From NCBI RefSeq assembly GCF_032191835.1, contig NC_083227.1:108624001-108688000 (forward strand): a stretch of DNA of 64,000 nt, in the 5' to 3' direction. The DNA comes from Heteronotia binoei (taxonomy: Eukaryota). How positions within the stretch are numbered: position 1 is the stretch's first letter; every line of letters starts with the position of its first letter. This document shows, piece by piece, positions 62,928 to 64,000 of this stretch. Position numbers and translations under genes: made by a program. The notes under the pieces were generated by a model that saw only the letters and a program-made list of their open reading frames with translations, did not search any database and had not been told where the DNA came from.

Positions 62928-63755
62928 TTGCAGCCATTTGAGTGGTCCTTTTTGCTTCCACACTCTGGGGCAACTTCCTGGTTTTACTGGAAGTGGCCTG
63001 AAAAACCTCATTTTGGGCTGGGATTTTCCCCACTAGCCAGTGGCAGGGAAGGTCTCCTCAAATCATGGGATCCCCCATTGGAGCCAGGAGACTGGGATCC
63101 CTAGAAGAGCATGCAGACTGGATATGCATTTTGTTCACTATGTTTACCTTTGAATACTTAGATATATAGTGGGAATCATGTTTATGGATGAGCAGTGTTT
63201 AATCAGATAGTCTGCTATCACATCTGAGTCTAAAATACAGCCCTATTTGGTATAATTATTAGACTGATCAGCTAATGTTGTTGTTGGGAGAAAATACAAG
63301 TTAAGGGCACTCTTGGGGGAGTGTTGGCTCCTTGGGTCTTGTGTGTTACCTGACTGAAAGGAATGTAAAGGAAAATGTTGAAGGTGGTATTTTCTAGCAA
63401 TATGATTCTGTTTTCTCTTATGATGTTTAAATTATTCTTAAAATATAGCTTTAAAATAATTTATTCTGAGATTTTTACAGGGTTATGGAAGTAATCTAAA
63501 ATAGATTTAAAAATGCTGGTGGAAAATTACCAAAGAATGTATATAAACTATCTTAATGTGTGATAAAAGCTATCACATATTGCTAGAAGATACCATCTAC
63601 ATTTTCCATGTTTTGTAAAACTTTAAGTAGGAATAGCCAAAGTGCATTGTCAAAAGCTTTTTCAGCATCCAAAACCATAAATGCCATTTTTTTACCTTTC
63701 TTCCCAGAATATTCAATTGTGTTTAAGAGGTATCTGATGTTGTCAAATTTCACTC

Positions 63756-63930
63756 ACCCTTTCCCATTATATTGGTAGACCTCTGGAGAACAGGTCTACC
63801 CGCCCCTTTCCACTGTATTGGTAAATTTGTTCTCTAGAGAACAGGTTTGTCCACCCCTTTCTGCTATAGTGGTAGACCTGGCCTCTGGAGAACAAGTCTA
63901 TCCAATTCTTTCCACTATATGGTAGACTTC
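63756..63930 (+). repeat. Degenerate ~40-45-bp minisatellite (about 4 copies)
   Basis: Recurring cctttccactatattggtagacctctggagaacaggtctacc-like unit. Confidence 0.7.
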
Positions 63931-64000
63931 AGACCATCACGGTGTGCTGAACCTTAGAAAACGTACCAGCACTTGGGGGGCAGGACTCTTTCAGCCTATT

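Noticed and set aside
63756-63930. CRISPR-like array
   Set aside because: Vertebrate DNA; degenerate head-to-tail units without unique spacers.
59966-64000. ZMYND10 exon 9
   Set aside because: No sequence resembling LRAFLTD...DQLP found; presumably beyond the window.

Overview
Eukaryotic genomic DNA from a squamate reptile; the repeat content (Sauria SINE, BovB-like RTE, CR1, young L2, hAT MITEs) suggests a gecko-like lizard. It holds the conserved cluster syntenic to human 3p21.3: TMEM115 (+, 2 coding exons, 355 aa), CYB561D2 (-, 3 coding exons, 222 aa), NPRL2 (+, 11 coding exons, 380 aa) and the first 8 coding exons of ZMYND10 (+, continuing past the window). I traced all exons by hand through GT-AG junctions with consistent phases. 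The most unusual features lie in introns and intergenic DNA: (1) a 967-bp non-autonomous hAT element in NPRL2 intron 2 (TIRs, 8-bp TSD) that carries a captured unspliced fragment of a Musculin (MSC)-type bHLH gene, i.e. a Pack-TIR; (2) a very young Penelope-like insertion downstream of the NPRL2 stop codon, forming a 116-bp-arm palindrome with a minimal hammerhead ribozyme on each strand; (3) a decayed local duplicate of NPRL2 exon 6 that keeps its donor site; (4) a ~420-bp foldback upstream of ZMYND10; (5) a 5'-truncated L2 LINE with an uninterrupted 2.3-kb ORF. Repeat family names and protein comparisons are from memory, not from database searches.
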